Shown here piece after piece: positions 44,875 to 60,889 of a stretch of 64,000 nt of DNA. Origin of the DNA: Eledone cirrhosa (Eukaryota); NCBI GenBank assembly GCA_964016885.1, contig OZ024748.1, positions 50,034,001 to 50,098,000 of the forward strand, read 5' to 3'. The translations under genes were made by a program, and so were the position numbers. Numbering within the stretch: position 1 is the stretch's first letter; each line of letters begins with the position of its first letter. The notes beneath the pieces are model-generated. The model saw only the letters and a list, made by a program, of their open reading frames with translations, was not told the origin of the DNA and did not search any database.

Positions 44875-46565
44875 ATGTATGTACGTACGCATGTATGTAT
44901 ACATGTGTGTATGTATGCTTGTGTATGTATGTGTGTATGTATATACGTAGGCACACCTATATGTAAATATGATTGTTTGTGTTTGAGTGTGTGTATGTGA
45001 TCATCTAATTCTGTCTGAAGTTATGTGTGTATTTACGCAAGAATGTATATGTACGCTGAAAGGTTTGTATGGGAGTGTGTGTATAAATGAAAGTATATAT
45101 AATTTCCTCCACACATGTGTACATATTTGTTTGATTGTGTATGTATGTGTATCTGTATGTGTGTGTGTCTGTGAGTATGCATGTATGTAAGTATATATAC
45201 ATATGTATACATATATGTTAGTTCGTGTGTGAGTGTGTGTATGTATGTAAGTATTTATAACTTCCCTCACACATGTGTACATATGTGTTTGCTTTATGAC
45301 AGTGTGTGTATGTATCTGTGTCTCAATGTGTATATGTTTATTTGACAGTGTATACATATATGTGTGTATATATATATATATATAAATATATATCTGTACA
45401 TATATATATATGTGTATATATGTAAGTTTATGTGTGTGTGTGTCTGTGTATGTAAGTACGTATAATTTCTCACACACATGTGTACACACCAGTTTGCTCG
45501 TGTATGTGTCTATGTGTATCATTATGCTTATGTATTTGTATGTGCATGTATGTGTGTGTATGTGTGTGTAATTTTGTATGTATGTATGTGTGTATGTGTA
45601 TGTGTGTATGTGTGTGTCTGTGTCTGTGTTTGTATATGTAAGGAAGCATATATAATTTCACACACACGTGTGTACACATCTGTTTGCTTATGTATGTGTG
45701 TATATGTATCGTTATGCTTATATATTTATATGTGTATGAATGTGTGTATGCGCATGTATTTTTGAATGTATGTATGTATGTATGTATGTATGTATGTATG
45801 TATGTATGTATGTATGTATGTATGTATGTATGTATGTATGTATGTATGTGTGTGTGTGTGTGCGTGTGTGTATATATATGTGTGTGTGTGTGTGTGTATG
45901 TGTGTGTGTATATATATATATATATGTATGTGTGTGTATGTGTGTGTGTGTGTGTTATATACACAGAAATACACAGACATTTAGTAATTCCTTGACGGGA
46001 AAATAGAAAAAAAATGGAAACATATAGAGATATAAAAGAAAGAGCTCGGTGCTTAATTAAGGAGTTGAGATGGTAAACACAAGAAATTAAGATTAGTATA
46101 TATTCATATTGCCATGAATAATGCTTGGAGATACCATTATTTCTATGGCAGCCTTTCTCGTAATTCCTTTCATATCTCTGGCAACAGAGAGGCTGTAATT
46201 AATATCTTATTCTTTTACCAGTTGATCTTTTCCCATCGATATTGTTGATTAGTTAACATTTCTATCACCTTTGCTAAACACACACCTGCAAAAAATAGGA
46301 AGAAAGAGAGAGAGAGAGAGAAAGTGGGAGAGTGAGGGAGAGGGATAGAGAGAGAGGGAGAGAGAGAGAGTGGGAGAGTGAGGGAGAGAGAGAAATAGAG
46401 AGAGAGAGAGAGAGAGAGAGAGAACGTAATTATGCGCACACAGGAATGTGCAAACGCGCCTCATACACACATACAGATAGACGCGCACACATACATATAA
46501 ACGCATATATACATCTGTGAAAACAATCGCACCCTAACAATACACGTACACACGCATACGTTTAT

Positions 46566-46598
<33 letters not shown>

Positions 46599-46601
46599 TA
46601 A

Positions 46602-46642
<41 letters not shown>

Positions 46643-46888
46643 AGATACTTCTGTATATGTGAGAAATTTTCACATATATATTCATACACACAAACAGACA
46701 CACATACGCAAATATGTATTCATATATATATATATATATATATATGTGTATGTGTGTGTGTGTGTGTGTGTGTGTAAATATATATAAATATATATATACA
46801 TATATGCGCATTGAGAGATTGTACTTTATATATCAACGTGTATGCATACATACATTAAGAGAGAAAAAGAAGGTGATATATATATGTT

Positions 46889-46984
<96 letters not shown>

Positions 46985-47285
46985 AGAAAGAGTGATAATA
47001 AGAATAAAGGAAGAGAAAAAGAATATATAGATAACACACAGTTGAAATGACATGAGTAAGATGATAAAAAAATAAGAAAAGTGATAATAAGAAAAATAAA
47101 TGATTAAAATATGAAAAAATATAAAAGAGAAATAGTTAATATAAATAGAAAAGAAGAAATATATTGCAAAACAAAAGGAAGCATAATTGTGCAGACGGTG
47201 AGTATAATATAAATAGGGGAAACAATACAGGAGGGTGGGGTACATTACTGGGAAGCTTTGATAAGGAGGTGTTGCTTTTGCCTGC

Positions 47286-47330
<45 letters not shown>

Positions 47331-47413
47331 TATATATATATACATAAGAATTTTATTTTATTTATATATATGTATATATATACATACATTTATATCTATC
47401 TATCAATCTATAA

Positions 47414-47510
<97 letters not shown>

Positions 47511-47511
47511 C

Positions 47512-47586
<75 letters not shown>

Positions 47587-47616
47587 CACATATATATATA
47601 TATATATGTATATACA

Positions 47617-47670
<54 letters not shown>

Positions 47671-47839
47671 CATATATATATATATGTATATATATATATT
47701 TATATCTATATATAGATAGATAGATAGATATAAATGTATGTATATATATATACATATATATAAATAAAATAAAATTCTTATGTATATATATATATATGTA
47801 TATACACGTATTTAAGCACACAGACTGCTATGCACGCAC

Positions 47840-47873
<34 letters not shown>

Positions 47874-48351
47874 GCGTGTGTGTGTATGGGAGGGTAGGGG
47901 GGGGGGGGCTGTAAAATAATCTCCCGCGAGTTATAATCTACTTTCTTTAAAAAAAGTAAGAACGTAATTTTAGATAATGTAATCCTAGAAATACTATGCC
48001 CTCCAAAAAATGTAGGCTTTTTAATCGTTGGAATACCTTTTATCATAGCCTTGCTGATTCATATTTAATCTGGGGCTAAAAACCACTAGAAATCCCACTC
48101 CGATGCTTACATTTCCTTTATAATTAAAGAACTATTAAAGCAGCGAAACAATTGCACCTATCTTAGTAACTAATTCACGTCGAGCCCACGATAGAGCCTC
48201 TACTTGGTCACTCAATATACTAGAAAATTCTCCTTCACCAGATCTTAGAAAAGAACACCTCTCTCTCATGTGAAATACACTGGCGCTCCATTACAGGAGC
48301 CTGTCTATAACCATCGACTTCTTTGAATCCTACGATAAAACTACATTTAAT

Positions 48352-48505
48352 GAGGGTCGGCTGAAAACCTCATAGGCTGTTTATCAAGGATTGTGAAATC
48401 TTGCATGCATTGATTTCAACTCTTCGTATTAATAACTGCATTGTTTCTTTCCAATGACTGTGTTTAAAACTAAACGTCGTTTGGTCATTCCATGAGAGTA
48501 TCTTG
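48352..48505 (+). mobile_element. Possible mariner-type MITE end
   Basis: GAGGGTCGGCTGAAAACCTCATAGGCTG resembles a mariner TIR; a reverse-complement-like motif CAGCCTATGAACC occurs at ~10137. Confidence 0.4.
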
Positions 48506-48579
48506 ATCCGGCTATGGATTTTTCCCAGAAATAGCCGTCGAAACGACTTGAGTTCCGCCGTCGGGGTTAAACATTTTCC

Positions 48580-48668
<89 letters not shown>

Positions 48669-48671
<3 letters not shown>

Positions 48672-49276
48672 AGGTCACCACTTGGTGCTACTGGTAACAT
48701 GTATCCCAGTACAACCTGTCTCATGGTCGGGTCGTTGGCGACTAAACTGGCAACCCCACCAAGGTTTCTCGGTGAGGAGGGTGACTTTGGACATCCTGCA
48801 GGACTAAAAACAAAACCTGTCAAAGGGCAAAGGAGCTCTTAAGAGTCAATGGCCATCCAAAATCACTGGGAGAGATGACCCCTTAGCCTTTGTCAAGGCA
48901 GAATTCTAGGAGAAGGAAAACTCTGATATAACACCTGCAACCCTGATGGTATCCAATGATGTTGACTTGTTCTTCTTTTTGGTAAATATCATCTTGGTTA
49001 AGAGAGTGGGACTGGCTTTGTGCAGTGACTTTGCTCACTATAAAAGCTTCACGGCACAGGCATTGCTTTGTATCTGGAGATCTCTCTGCACTTGTCGTCA
49101 CATGGTACCAAAGGCAAAGCACTATGTGTCAATGATTGTCACAAGTGTAGTGTTTGTACCAGAGTTTTCAAGTCGCTGGCTGGACTAAAAAGTCACACTC
49201 GTTCAGCGCATCGGTAGGGGTTCTCCTACATGGATATAAAGTAGTGGCCGTACTCGAAAACGAGTTGGCAGCCACC
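48669..49276 (+). mobile_element. ~600-bp RTE-like element, copy 4
   Basis: Same termini as copy 3, within (TA)n. Confidence 0.8.
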
Positions 49277-49285
49277 ATATATATA

Positions 49286-49319
<34 letters not shown>

Positions 49320-49363
49320 TTTAGCGAGGTTTTTTATATGAAATCGTGTGTCGAAACAAATAT

Positions 49364-50039
<676 letters not shown>

Positions 50040-50609
50040 TAACATATACGCACGAACTCTATATTGGAGATAGAAAATTTTAGAGTATTTGTCTTGTTAT
50101 ATATATGTGCATATATAGTGATAAATCGACAGATATAGATAGATGAAGAGAGTCAGACAGAGATAGATCGATGGATAGACATATATATACATATATACAT
50201 GTGTGTGTGTATATGTGTATATGTGTGTATGATGTACTGAGACATATTTCATACACACACAAACAGCACAAACATACATAAATACTATATGGACAGCATA
50301 ACCAGCAAATAAATATATCTCCAGAAATGATACCTTTTTACTTATTGTTTAAGGTCATATATGAGGAGAGAACCTCTTAGAGAGACACAAAGAGAGACGT
50401 ATGAGACAGAGGAAGTGAGATTTAGAGAGACAAAGAGCGAGAGAAAGTGTGAGAAAGGCAGGGAGACTAAGACAGAGAAAGAATGTGACAGAGAAATTGA
50501 GATCTAGAGAGACATAGAGAGAAATAGAGAGAAATGCGAGACAGAAGAAATCAACTCTAGAGAGACATTGAGACATAGACAGGAGATGGCAGCTCTAATG
50601 AGAGAAAGA

Positions 50610-51622
50610 TACCTATATAGAGAGATAGAAGAATAGAGAGATAGAAGACTAGAGAGAGAGAAGGCTGGTGAGAGAGAAGACTAGTGAGAGAGAAGACTAG
50701 AGAGAGAGAAGGCTAGAGAGATAGAAAACTATAGATATAGAAGACTAGAGAGAGAGAAGGCTAGAGAGATAGAAAACTATAGATATAGAAGACTAGAGAG
50801 AGAGAAGGCTAGTGAGAGAGAAGACTAGAGAGAGAGAAGACTAGAGGGATAGAAGACTAGAGAGAGAGAAGGCTGGTGAGAGAGAAGACTGGTGAGAGAG
50901 AAGACTAGAGAGAGAGAAGGCTAGAGAGATAGAAAACTATAGATATAGAAGACTAGAGAGAGAGAAGGCTAGTGAGAGAGAAGACTAGAGAGAGAGAAGA
51001 CTAGAGGGATAGAAGACTAGAGAGAGAGAAGGCTGGTGAGAGAGAAGACTGGTGAGAGAGAAGACTAGAGAGAGAGAAGGCTAGAGAGATAGAAAACTAT
51101 AGATATAGAAGACTAGAGAGAGAGAAGGCTAGTGAGAGAGAAGACTAGAGAGAGAGAAGACTAGAGGGATAGAAGACTAGAGAGAGAAGGCTGGTGAGAG
51201 AGAAGACTGGTGAAAGAGAAGACTAGAGAGAGAGAAGAATATAGAGAGAACAGTAAAAAGAGAGAAGACTAGACAGACAGATGACTAGAGAGAGAGAAGA
51301 CTTGAGAGAGAGAAGAGTAGAGAGAGAGAAAAGACTAGAGAGATAGAGAGATATCTAAAGAGAGAGATGACTAGAGAGATAGAAGACTGGAGAGAGAGGG
51401 AGAAGAGTAGAGAGAGAGAGAAGAGTAGAGAGAGAGAGAGAGAGAGAGAGAAGACTGGAGAGATAGAAGACTAGAGAGAGAGAAGAGTGGAGAGAGCGAG
51501 AGAAGGCTAGAGAGGTAGAGAGATATCTAGAGAAGAGTAGAGAGAGAGAGAGAAGACTAAGAGATAGAGAGATATCTAAAGAGAGAGAGATGACTAGAGA
51601 GATGGAAGACTAGAGAGAGAGA
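50610..51622. repeat. GA-rich minisatellite (GAAGACTAGAGAGAGA-type subunits) with a ~160-bp higher-order period
   Basis: AGAGAAGACTGGTGA recurs at 50881, 51041 and ~51199. Confidence 0.9.
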
Positions 51623-52444
51623 AACACATTAAACAATGAAGGAAACAACGAAATCAACTGTAGCAGCAGAATTACCAAAGTTGACCGTATCCTCCCCTTC
51701 TCTACCCCTTCGTCCGCCTGCACCCCTCCTCCTCCACCCTCCCCTCCCCCTCCCTTGATTCCTCACCCTTCACCTCTCCTCTCCCGCACCTCCTCCACCC
51801 AAGCCACCTGCACCTCACCACCTCCATCCTAACCCCCTCCACCTCACCCTAACCTCATCCACTCTCGGAACCTCCACCCTTACTTCCTCTACCCTCATCT
51901 TTCCTTCTCCTCCTTTGCCTCATCCACCGCCTCCCTCCTCTTCCTCCCCCTTCTCTTCAACCCATCTCCTCCTCATTATCAACAGCACCAACAACAATAG
52001 CAACAAAAGAAGACATTAATAATAACTATAATACTGCCATTACAACAACAACAACAACATATACAATATACTGTCACAACAACAACAACATATACAATAT
52101 ACTGACACAACAACAACAACATATACAATATATTGATACAACAAACATAACTATGAAATAATTAGCCAAAAAATCTACAACAATAAGAAACACAAGGTAA
52201 AAGTATTTGTTGGAAAGCAAAGTAATTTCTGCCAAAGAATGCCACTATGAAATTCCATGCCCATCATTATTTCTGGACTGAGCCATTATTGTTTATGTGG
52301 GGATGTGTGGTATTGTGATGGAAGGAGGCCAATTTCCACCAATGTCCACTCAAATTATCCAATACCTCTTTTTTTTTCATTTTTGTTATTTTATTATTTA
52401 ATTATTTATATACACGATATATCACTTCATTTTCATTGATTTCC

Positions 52445-52557
<113 letters not shown>

Positions 52558-52596
52558 GATATTAACAAATGGAAACTATATTTATAAAACCATATT

Positions 52597-52661
52597 TATT
52601 TCATTATACATATTTCAAGGACACCAAGTTAAATTATGGTGTGCTTTCATCAGATAAAATA
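52597..52661 (-). ncRNA. Type I hammerhead ribozyme with intact core
   Basis: TATTTTAT-CTGATGA-AAGCACACCA-(10 nt)-TGGTGTCCTT-GAAA-TATGTA-TA^-ATGAAATA; 8-bp stem I; AUA triplet. Confidence 0.78.
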
Positions 52662-52759
52662 TAATATAGATCAGTTTTATAAATAAATATTGACATACCC
52701 TTAATGGTTGCATTCTTTAAGGGTATGTCAATATTTATTTATAAAACTGATCTATATTA

Positions 52760-52824
52760 TATTTTATTTGATGAAAGCACACCATAATTTAACTTGGTGT
52801 CCTTGAAATATGTATAATGAAATA
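52760..52824 (+). ncRNA. Type I hammerhead, C3U variant (TTGATGA)
   Basis: Mirror copy of 52597-52661 with one substitution at 52768. Confidence 0.68.
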
Positions 52825-52951
52825 AATATGGTTTTATAAATATAGTTTCCATTTGTTAATATCGTATTTTTACTCCAAATATTTGTTGAGTGCTTTATAT
52901 CAGTTATAAAAATATTTGCTTGTTGTATCCCAACAATTTAAATAGAACTTT

Positions 52952-53012
<61 letters not shown>

Positions 53013-53017
<5 letters not shown>

Positions 53018-53862
53018 CAGAATGAAGAGTAACATGGTTGGCTGTACGATAAGGGGCTTCATTTAAAGTACTGACAATTGTTTCGTTGGTCAGGTGAGTC
53101 TAGAGTTCGCTACTCGCTTGAAGTTGCGTCACTCGATCTCCAATACATTATTTACCTCAGAGTACGTAGATGTCAAATAATTCACTCGCGGCAAGACATA
53201 TATAGAAAAATAGCGTATAATCAAAACAATAAGATCAATAATAAAACATATATAGTAAATAGGTAGAGAAGTTACAGATGTAAAAAGTAAAAAGTAAAAG
53301 ATGAGATAGGGTACATTAAAAAGGTAAGAAAATGAGAACATGGAAAATATAAAGAAATAAATAAGGATAAGTGATAGCATGTAAGTACATAGAATGTTAG
53401 TCGTAGTTTTGAGTAAGTGTTCTTATAAGGATTCCTTGGTGGGTTTAGTGCTAACATGGAAAACCAGATTCGAGATGTACATAGATACGTGTAGAGGGTC
53501 CGATGTAGTGACAGATAAAAGAAAAAACAATAAATTACAGATTAATTGGTGGATACATGTATGAGATTTATGGGCAGGGATGACGGGACATTTGACAAAC
53601 GCTTGTTGTAAATGTTTTGCTGATTGTTCTATCTTAATAGGGCTGATGCTGTTTCAGGGAGAGAGGGTGAAAGAGATGTTCAGAGATTTATGATCCAGTG
53701 ACCAGTTGGCCGTTTGACAGCTAATAGCGGTGCCATGGTGTGTATTCTATGTTAAAATCTAGGTGGTTCAGTTCTAATTTTGTGATTGTTGGTTTAAATC
53801 ATGGTGGTTTGAAGTTTGTGAATCTAGTAGCTATTTTATGCCTACAGAAAATTGATCTTTAT
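53013..53862 (-). mobile_element. PLE 3' end (family A relative) with pLTR, between (TA)n tracts
   Basis: Encodes [19 protein letters not shown] (compare RTILCRHKAATQFSNFKPQPA* at ~21100); hammerhead 3' half GACCAACGAAACAATTGTCAGTAC at 53067-53091. Confidence 0.82.
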
Positions 53863-53866
53863 ATTT

Positions 53867-53935
<69 letters not shown>

Positions 53936-54071
53936 TATATATATCCGTCTATAGATCTATATACAAATCTATCCATCTCTTTATATATATATACAAATCT
54001 GTCTATCTATCTCTCTATCTATCTCTCTATATACATGCATATACACACACGCACACACACACACATACATG

Positions 54072-54197
<126 letters not shown>

Positions 54198-54353
54198 ATA
54201 AATATATATATGTATATATATATATATATGTATATATATAATAAAAGGACGTTTATTGATTGGTGACGCGCGTTTCACTACTGATCAGCACAAGGTTCGA
54301 TCTGTATCGATCTAATCCGACTCTGGAATCAAAAGCTTGTCGGACCTCACCCT

Positions 54354-54389
<36 letters not shown>

Positions 54390-54796
54390 AAGATATATAT
54401 TGAGTTAGAAACTCAAAATAGTCTCTTACAATTAAATAGCTCAAGGAAAGAGATTTTCCCGGGCCGTGTAATATAACTGAATATAAAAGAGAGATAAACA
54501 CAGATATATACATATATGTGTTCAAGTTCAATTTTACTAATTTTACACTCACTGATAAGCAAAAGAATTGGTAATTCCCTTCACTAAAATTGCGAAACGG
54601 CATTACCTAAAGCTGGCTGGGTGTCTGGCAGTTGCTCCATTATCGGTTTGTATTTATTTTCTTTATTTATTCTTTTAAATTGAGTCTGGCAAACCCTATT
54701 GTTCATAGTTAGTATTTTTTTCACCCTAGCGAATCTGGTCCCTTACAATTTGAACACATATATGTATATCTCTCTGATTATCTCTCTTTTATATTC

Positions 54797-54877
<81 letters not shown>

Positions 54878-55499
54878 CATGAGTGTGTGTGTGTGTGTGT
54901 GTTTGTGTGTCTATCTGTCTATATATCTATATACAAATCTATCTATCCATCTATCTACATATCTATTTACCTACTTAGATAGATAGGAAGGTAGGTAGAT
55001 AATTACCTTCCTATCTAAGGACAAATCTATGTACATAAAAGAAAACCCTGGGGTCAAGAAGTCCTGTTGAGAAATGTACTTTGCTCCAGTCATCACTGAT
55101 ATCTAATTAGTTAAATCAAATTTAATTTAACCAAAATGAAGTGAAATCATATCAAATCATATTAACTGCAATAAACATATTCAACTTAGATTGATTATTC
55201 TTTAAGTTGATTCTTATTCAAATTATTTTAAATCCTCTTAAAATAGAGATAGTATTCAATTTAATTCAATTATATTCATCACCAATTTCCTTATAAATCT
55301 CAAGCTAAAATATCATAAATTAGCATATATTTAATTTGTAAATTTGTGGATTCTAAGGTTATTATAACAATTATAGCTATACTATCTAACTCGATTTATC
55401 ATAAATAATAATTGTATTGGCTTTATTCATTTCTAATCAATTTAACTATAATATATACAATTATATTGACTCTACTTAATTTGAAATTGTAATCAGAAT

Positions 55500-55790
55500 C
55501 TACGAGCATGGTCGAACTTTCTTGATAAAGTCTTTCCACAATTCATGATTTTTCCATTGCTCCTGGCAACTTCTCCCTACTGACGTGGCTATCTTCTGAG
55601 AGTATCTTATGTATAACTTCCTGCTTACTTCTCCAACAATGTCTTGCAAATCATAACAGTCTTTGAGCAATTGTAGTTCTCATCTTGGGCAAGTTTCTGT
55701 ATGAACTTTTATTTGAGATACGTTGACGCCAGGTTATGTTTTATTCAATTCTAAGCATTTTAGTGAATGCACCACCTAGTTTCTGCCCAA
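55500..55790 (-). mobile_element. Degenerate RTE-like 3' fragment
   Basis: EKLPGAME / HELWKDFIKKVRPCS* resembles RTE 'LP.AM.DR..WR..V..+R'. Confidence 0.45.
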
Positions 55791-55920
55791 GAAATTGTGT
55801 CAGGGTCCACCTAACTGATTCATACAACAAATCTGACGCAAATTTACCAATTAAAAGTCATCCCAAAGTCAATGAATGGGACAAAATCAAATATAAATTC
55901 AAAATAAATAAATGAATAAA

Positions 55921-56268
55921 TAATTGTTTCTACTTTAGGCACAAGGCCAGCAATTACCCAGTGCATTACTGGTACTTTATTTTATCGACCCCGTAAGGAT
56001 GAAAGGCAAAGTCAACCTCAATAAATGAATAAATAATAATAATCTAATAGAGATATAATGTCTTATATTAAATCAAATAATTGTTTCTATAATTGGCACA
56101 AGGCCAGCAATTACCCAGTACATTACTGGTACCTTATTTTATCGACCTCGTAAGGATGAAACATAAAGTTAACCTTGGCGGGATTTGAATTCAGAATGGA
56201 AAGGGCCGTAACTCTATGCGTCAAAGCAAGTCGTCCGACTCTCTACGATACTGCCAATCCACCGCCAT
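55921..56268 (-). mobile_element. Headless SINE with an 18-bp TSD (55921-56019) plus a full-length SINE (56077-56268)
   Basis: AATAAATGAATAAATAAT occurs at 55907-55924 and 56020-56037. Confidence 0.88.
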
Positions 56269-57074
56269 CAAATAAATCAAATAATACTGAGTGAGAATGA
56301 CAGCATTTGAACTAAAACAACCACCTTGATCTTAAATTAAATAAATGTGACCCAGATAAATGAGAATCTGAATAGATTTATGGCAGATTGGGCCTTCCTT
56401 ATATAATAGCAATAATATACTTAGGTCCTTTCAGAGAAAGGGAATAAAAGTAAAACTCGGGACATCTAACAGAGTTAGGTGATGCTTGTATTTATTTTCT
56501 ATTTTGGCCACGAAGGCTAGAGCCCAGATATTTTACAGGCTGCAGTCTTCGGGTTTGGCTCCAACTTACTGTAGTTATCAAAATTCAATATCGTTTACCT
56601 AGGTGAATTATCCTACTTTAGTAGTTCTCAATTCTAAGATATTCGAAGGCTTCTTGTGGTAGTGGTTGTCTTTATTGCCCTTTCGTTTAGCGACATATAT
56701 CTCTCTTAAGGTCCCTATGTTTGTTTTCCTTTAGTTAGTTGTCAAGTTGGTTTTAGTCAGTCATTGCTATTTCCTTAGATACATGTGGTTCAGATATCAG
56801 GCTTCTTTCTCGGTCATTTTTGAAAGGACAGTCCTCTCGTGAAAAAGCGACTAAAAAGCGACAGTCAACATTGAAAATATTGCGAAGGGAGGGAATAAGT
56901 TATAGTTCTAGACACGTTGATATTTCACCTTAACTACATTAATTTCTCATAACCCAACAACTTAAATTATCTACCACCGTTATATAACTCTTCATTGCCT
57001 TCAAGCTAAAGCAGCTCTGCGTTCCAGCACTCATACACAATTATATATATGTGTGTGTGTGTGTGTGCCTGTGT

Positions 57075-57168
<94 letters not shown>

Positions 57169-57351
57169 ACGAGTATCTGTAAGTATGTATGTAGGAGCAG
57201 TCAATAGATAATACAGAGTTTATATTTAATGGGAACCAGTTGATGATTCACCTTATTGTTAGTCCGTGCTTCATGTTGTAATTGTTATTGTTTTGTTGCT
57301 GATATTGCTGCTGTTCCCTATGCAATTGTCCATACTCATAGACACATATAC

Positions 57352-57470
<119 letters not shown>

Positions 57471-57471
57471 A

Positions 57472-57511
<40 letters not shown>

Positions 57512-57567
57512 CAATGCATATAAAAACATACATACATATGTATATGTGTATATGTATATATATATAA

Positions 57568-57598
<31 letters not shown>

Positions 57599-57635
57599 AT
57601 TATATATATGTGTATATATATATGTATATATATAT

Positions 57636-57682
<47 letters not shown>

Positions 57683-58295
57683 CTACTCAGACACACACTG
57701 TTCATTTACGCTGACACAACTTCTTATTCTGTTCTACTACCACCACCACTTTTTTTTCTCTTCCCATCGCCCACCCAATTACTTCCATCTCCCCCCCTCT
57801 CTTTTCTTCCCTTCACCACCACCCAATTACTTCCATCTCCCCCCCCCCCCCACCTCTCTTTCTTCCTTTCACAACACCCTATTACTTCCATCAGCACACC
57901 CCACCCTATCTTAACCCGACCCTGATGAAGCAAGTTTTCTCTCAATCTTGATTTGTCTGAGTCACTCTTCAACTTCCTCAAGATATTTTTCTCTTTATTT
58001 ATGTTCTCGATATTGTAGTACTTGCTGTTGCGGTTGCTGTTATGTTGATATTGCTGTTGTTATCGTTGTCATTGTTGCTGATCTTACTGTTGCAATTGTT
58101 GTTAATTGTGTTCGCTGTTATTGCTGATGCAGTTGTTGTTATTTTCCCTTGTTGTTATTTGTATTTAGTGTTGTTCTTGTTGGTCTCCCTTCTTGTTATC
58201 TGTATATAGGTATATATACATACAAACACAGACACACACACACACAGATATATATATATATATAACTCGTGCGCCGATTTTTCGATACTCGATCA

Positions 58296-58402
<107 letters not shown>

Positions 58403-58866
58403 TTATACACACATATATATAAATATATATATGTGTGTGCGTGTGTATATATATAAATACAGAAACATACATACGTACATACATACCAACATACATATAG
58501 CTAAATATACAAACATACAAACGTACATACATACCAACATACATATATACATACAAACATACATATGTAAATACAGACATACAAACAAACATACATCATA
58601 CATACATACATTCTTACATATAAAACATACATACATACATAAATACATATATATATATAAATACTCAAATATACATACATACATACACACATACATACAT
58701 AAATACATTATATACATACATAGATACATACATACATACATACGAACATATTAATGTACATATATAAATACACAAACATTCATGCATACATACAAAGATA
58801 CATACAAATATACATACATACATACCTAAATACATAGATACATACACAGATACATACAAACACAAG

Positions 58867-58964
<98 letters not shown>

Positions 58965-59813
58965 AACATACATGCATACATACATACATGCATACACATA
59001 CACATACATACATGCATATACATACATACATACATACATACATACATACATACATACATACATTGATACATATATACAAGAATAACAACACCCTTCTTAT
59101 TCTGGGTGGTTTTACTACAGTTGAACTTAAAGCTGTTTGTGTTGAATTAATGTTCACACTGTTGCTATTTACGGTTTTGATCCTGTTATTTTTATTGTCG
59201 TTATTTTTAGCGTCTTACCTGCTGCAGCCGCTGTAGCTGTTGTTGGTGGTGGTGGTGTCGTTGAAAATGTTGCTTTTGTTAATGTTGTTGTAGCATTGTC
59301 GCTGATGTTTCTGTTGTTGTTTTTGATGAAATTAGTCAAAGTTGTCATTGTTGTTATTGTTACTACAATCCTGTGATGACTAAGGTGATATTGTTGTTGT
59401 TGTTGATGATGTTGTAACTGTTGGTGTTTTTAGAGTTGCTGATTTTATTACTGTTCATGTTATTGATCTGGTTAATGCAGTGTTGTTGACGTTGATGTTT
59501 TTGTTAATATATTGTTGGTGTTGTTGTTCTTTTTGTTGTCAGAAAATCGTTATAGTTTCTTTCGTGCCTCCTGGAAAAGAAATAATAGTAGAAAAGAGAT
59601 ACAAGAAAGCACAAAGGAAACAATTCCAAGGAATAAACACACACACACACATATATATGTACGTCCCCCCCCCCCCCCCCTCCCAACATAATCTTACAAC
59701 AGAGATCATCGAGTTCCGTTACGTTCAGTGCTTTTAATACTATTGCATCATGATTAAATATACGGAATGACCAGTTTCATCCAGTGGTGAACCACCAGCT
59801 TCAATGTATACAG

Positions 59814-59918
<105 letters not shown>

Positions 59919-60421
59919 TTTAATGTGGACAAGTAGTGAGCCTTGTTAATCTGGACTTTCACCTGCGTGATGAGCCTGCGTCTGCACAAGCCAATCTCCA
60001 TATCAACAAGGTTCACTACTTAGCTATGATAAATGAGTAATTAAAATATACTTAGATATTGAGTACGTCCGTCAATAATACATGGACATATATACATATA
60101 TAATGTGAAACTCTTTAGTCAATGCCTCTCCTCTTAACTCGCTCTACTATCAGACTATTTTATTCTACATTTATTGTCATTTTGACTTATTTATATTTTC
60201 TTTTAATGAAAATCACATTCCTGAATTCTACCTCGTAGTGAATAGTCACTTCCACAATTATAGGCTTTCTGATGATGTATGCTAAATAATTAAGTATTGC
60301 ATATGATTGAGCAATATATATTGTAGTCAGCATATGTAGACAACTTAACATACATTAAAGCAAATAAATTCCTGGTATCCTCCCTTGCCGTTGTTTATAT
60401 TTTATCTTGGTGCAATATTTG

Positions 60422-60520
60422 CGAGGTTGACTTTGCCTTTCATCCTTACGGGGTCGATAAAATAAAGTACCAGTAATGCATTGTGTAATTGCTGGCCTTG
60501 TGCCTAAAGTAGAACAATTA
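60422..60520 (+). mobile_element. Headless SINE 3' half
   Basis: Begins CGAGGTTGACTTTGCC. Confidence 0.85.
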
Positions 60521-60669
60521 ATATATATATATCGTCGTCACATCGTGACACTGCTCTATGACTCCATCACTCTATATGTACATGGAAACATTAATTAATT
60601 TTCAAACTTAGGTCAATATGGGAGAGGGCAATGTATATAAATATTTATTATTATTACCATATATATATC

Positions 60670-60864
60670 AGGGCGGTGGATTGGCAGTATCGGTAGAGGG
60701 TCGGACGCCATGTTTTGACGTATAGAGTTACGGCCCTTGCCATTCTGAGTTCAAATCCCGCCGAGATTAACTTTGCCTTTCATCCTTACGGGGTCGATAA
60801 AATAAAGTATCAGTAATGCACTGGGTAATTGCTGGCCTTGTGCCAAAAGTAGAAACAATTATTA
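60670..60864 (+). mobile_element. Full-length SINE with TSD TTATTACCATATAT
   Basis: Duplication at ~60651 and ~60859. Confidence 0.88.
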
Positions 60865-60889
60865 CCATATATGTAAATATATTTATATA

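Noticed and set aside
60265-60345. CTGATGA with a long hairpin
   Set aside because: No GAAA or NUH follows the stem; too degenerate to call.
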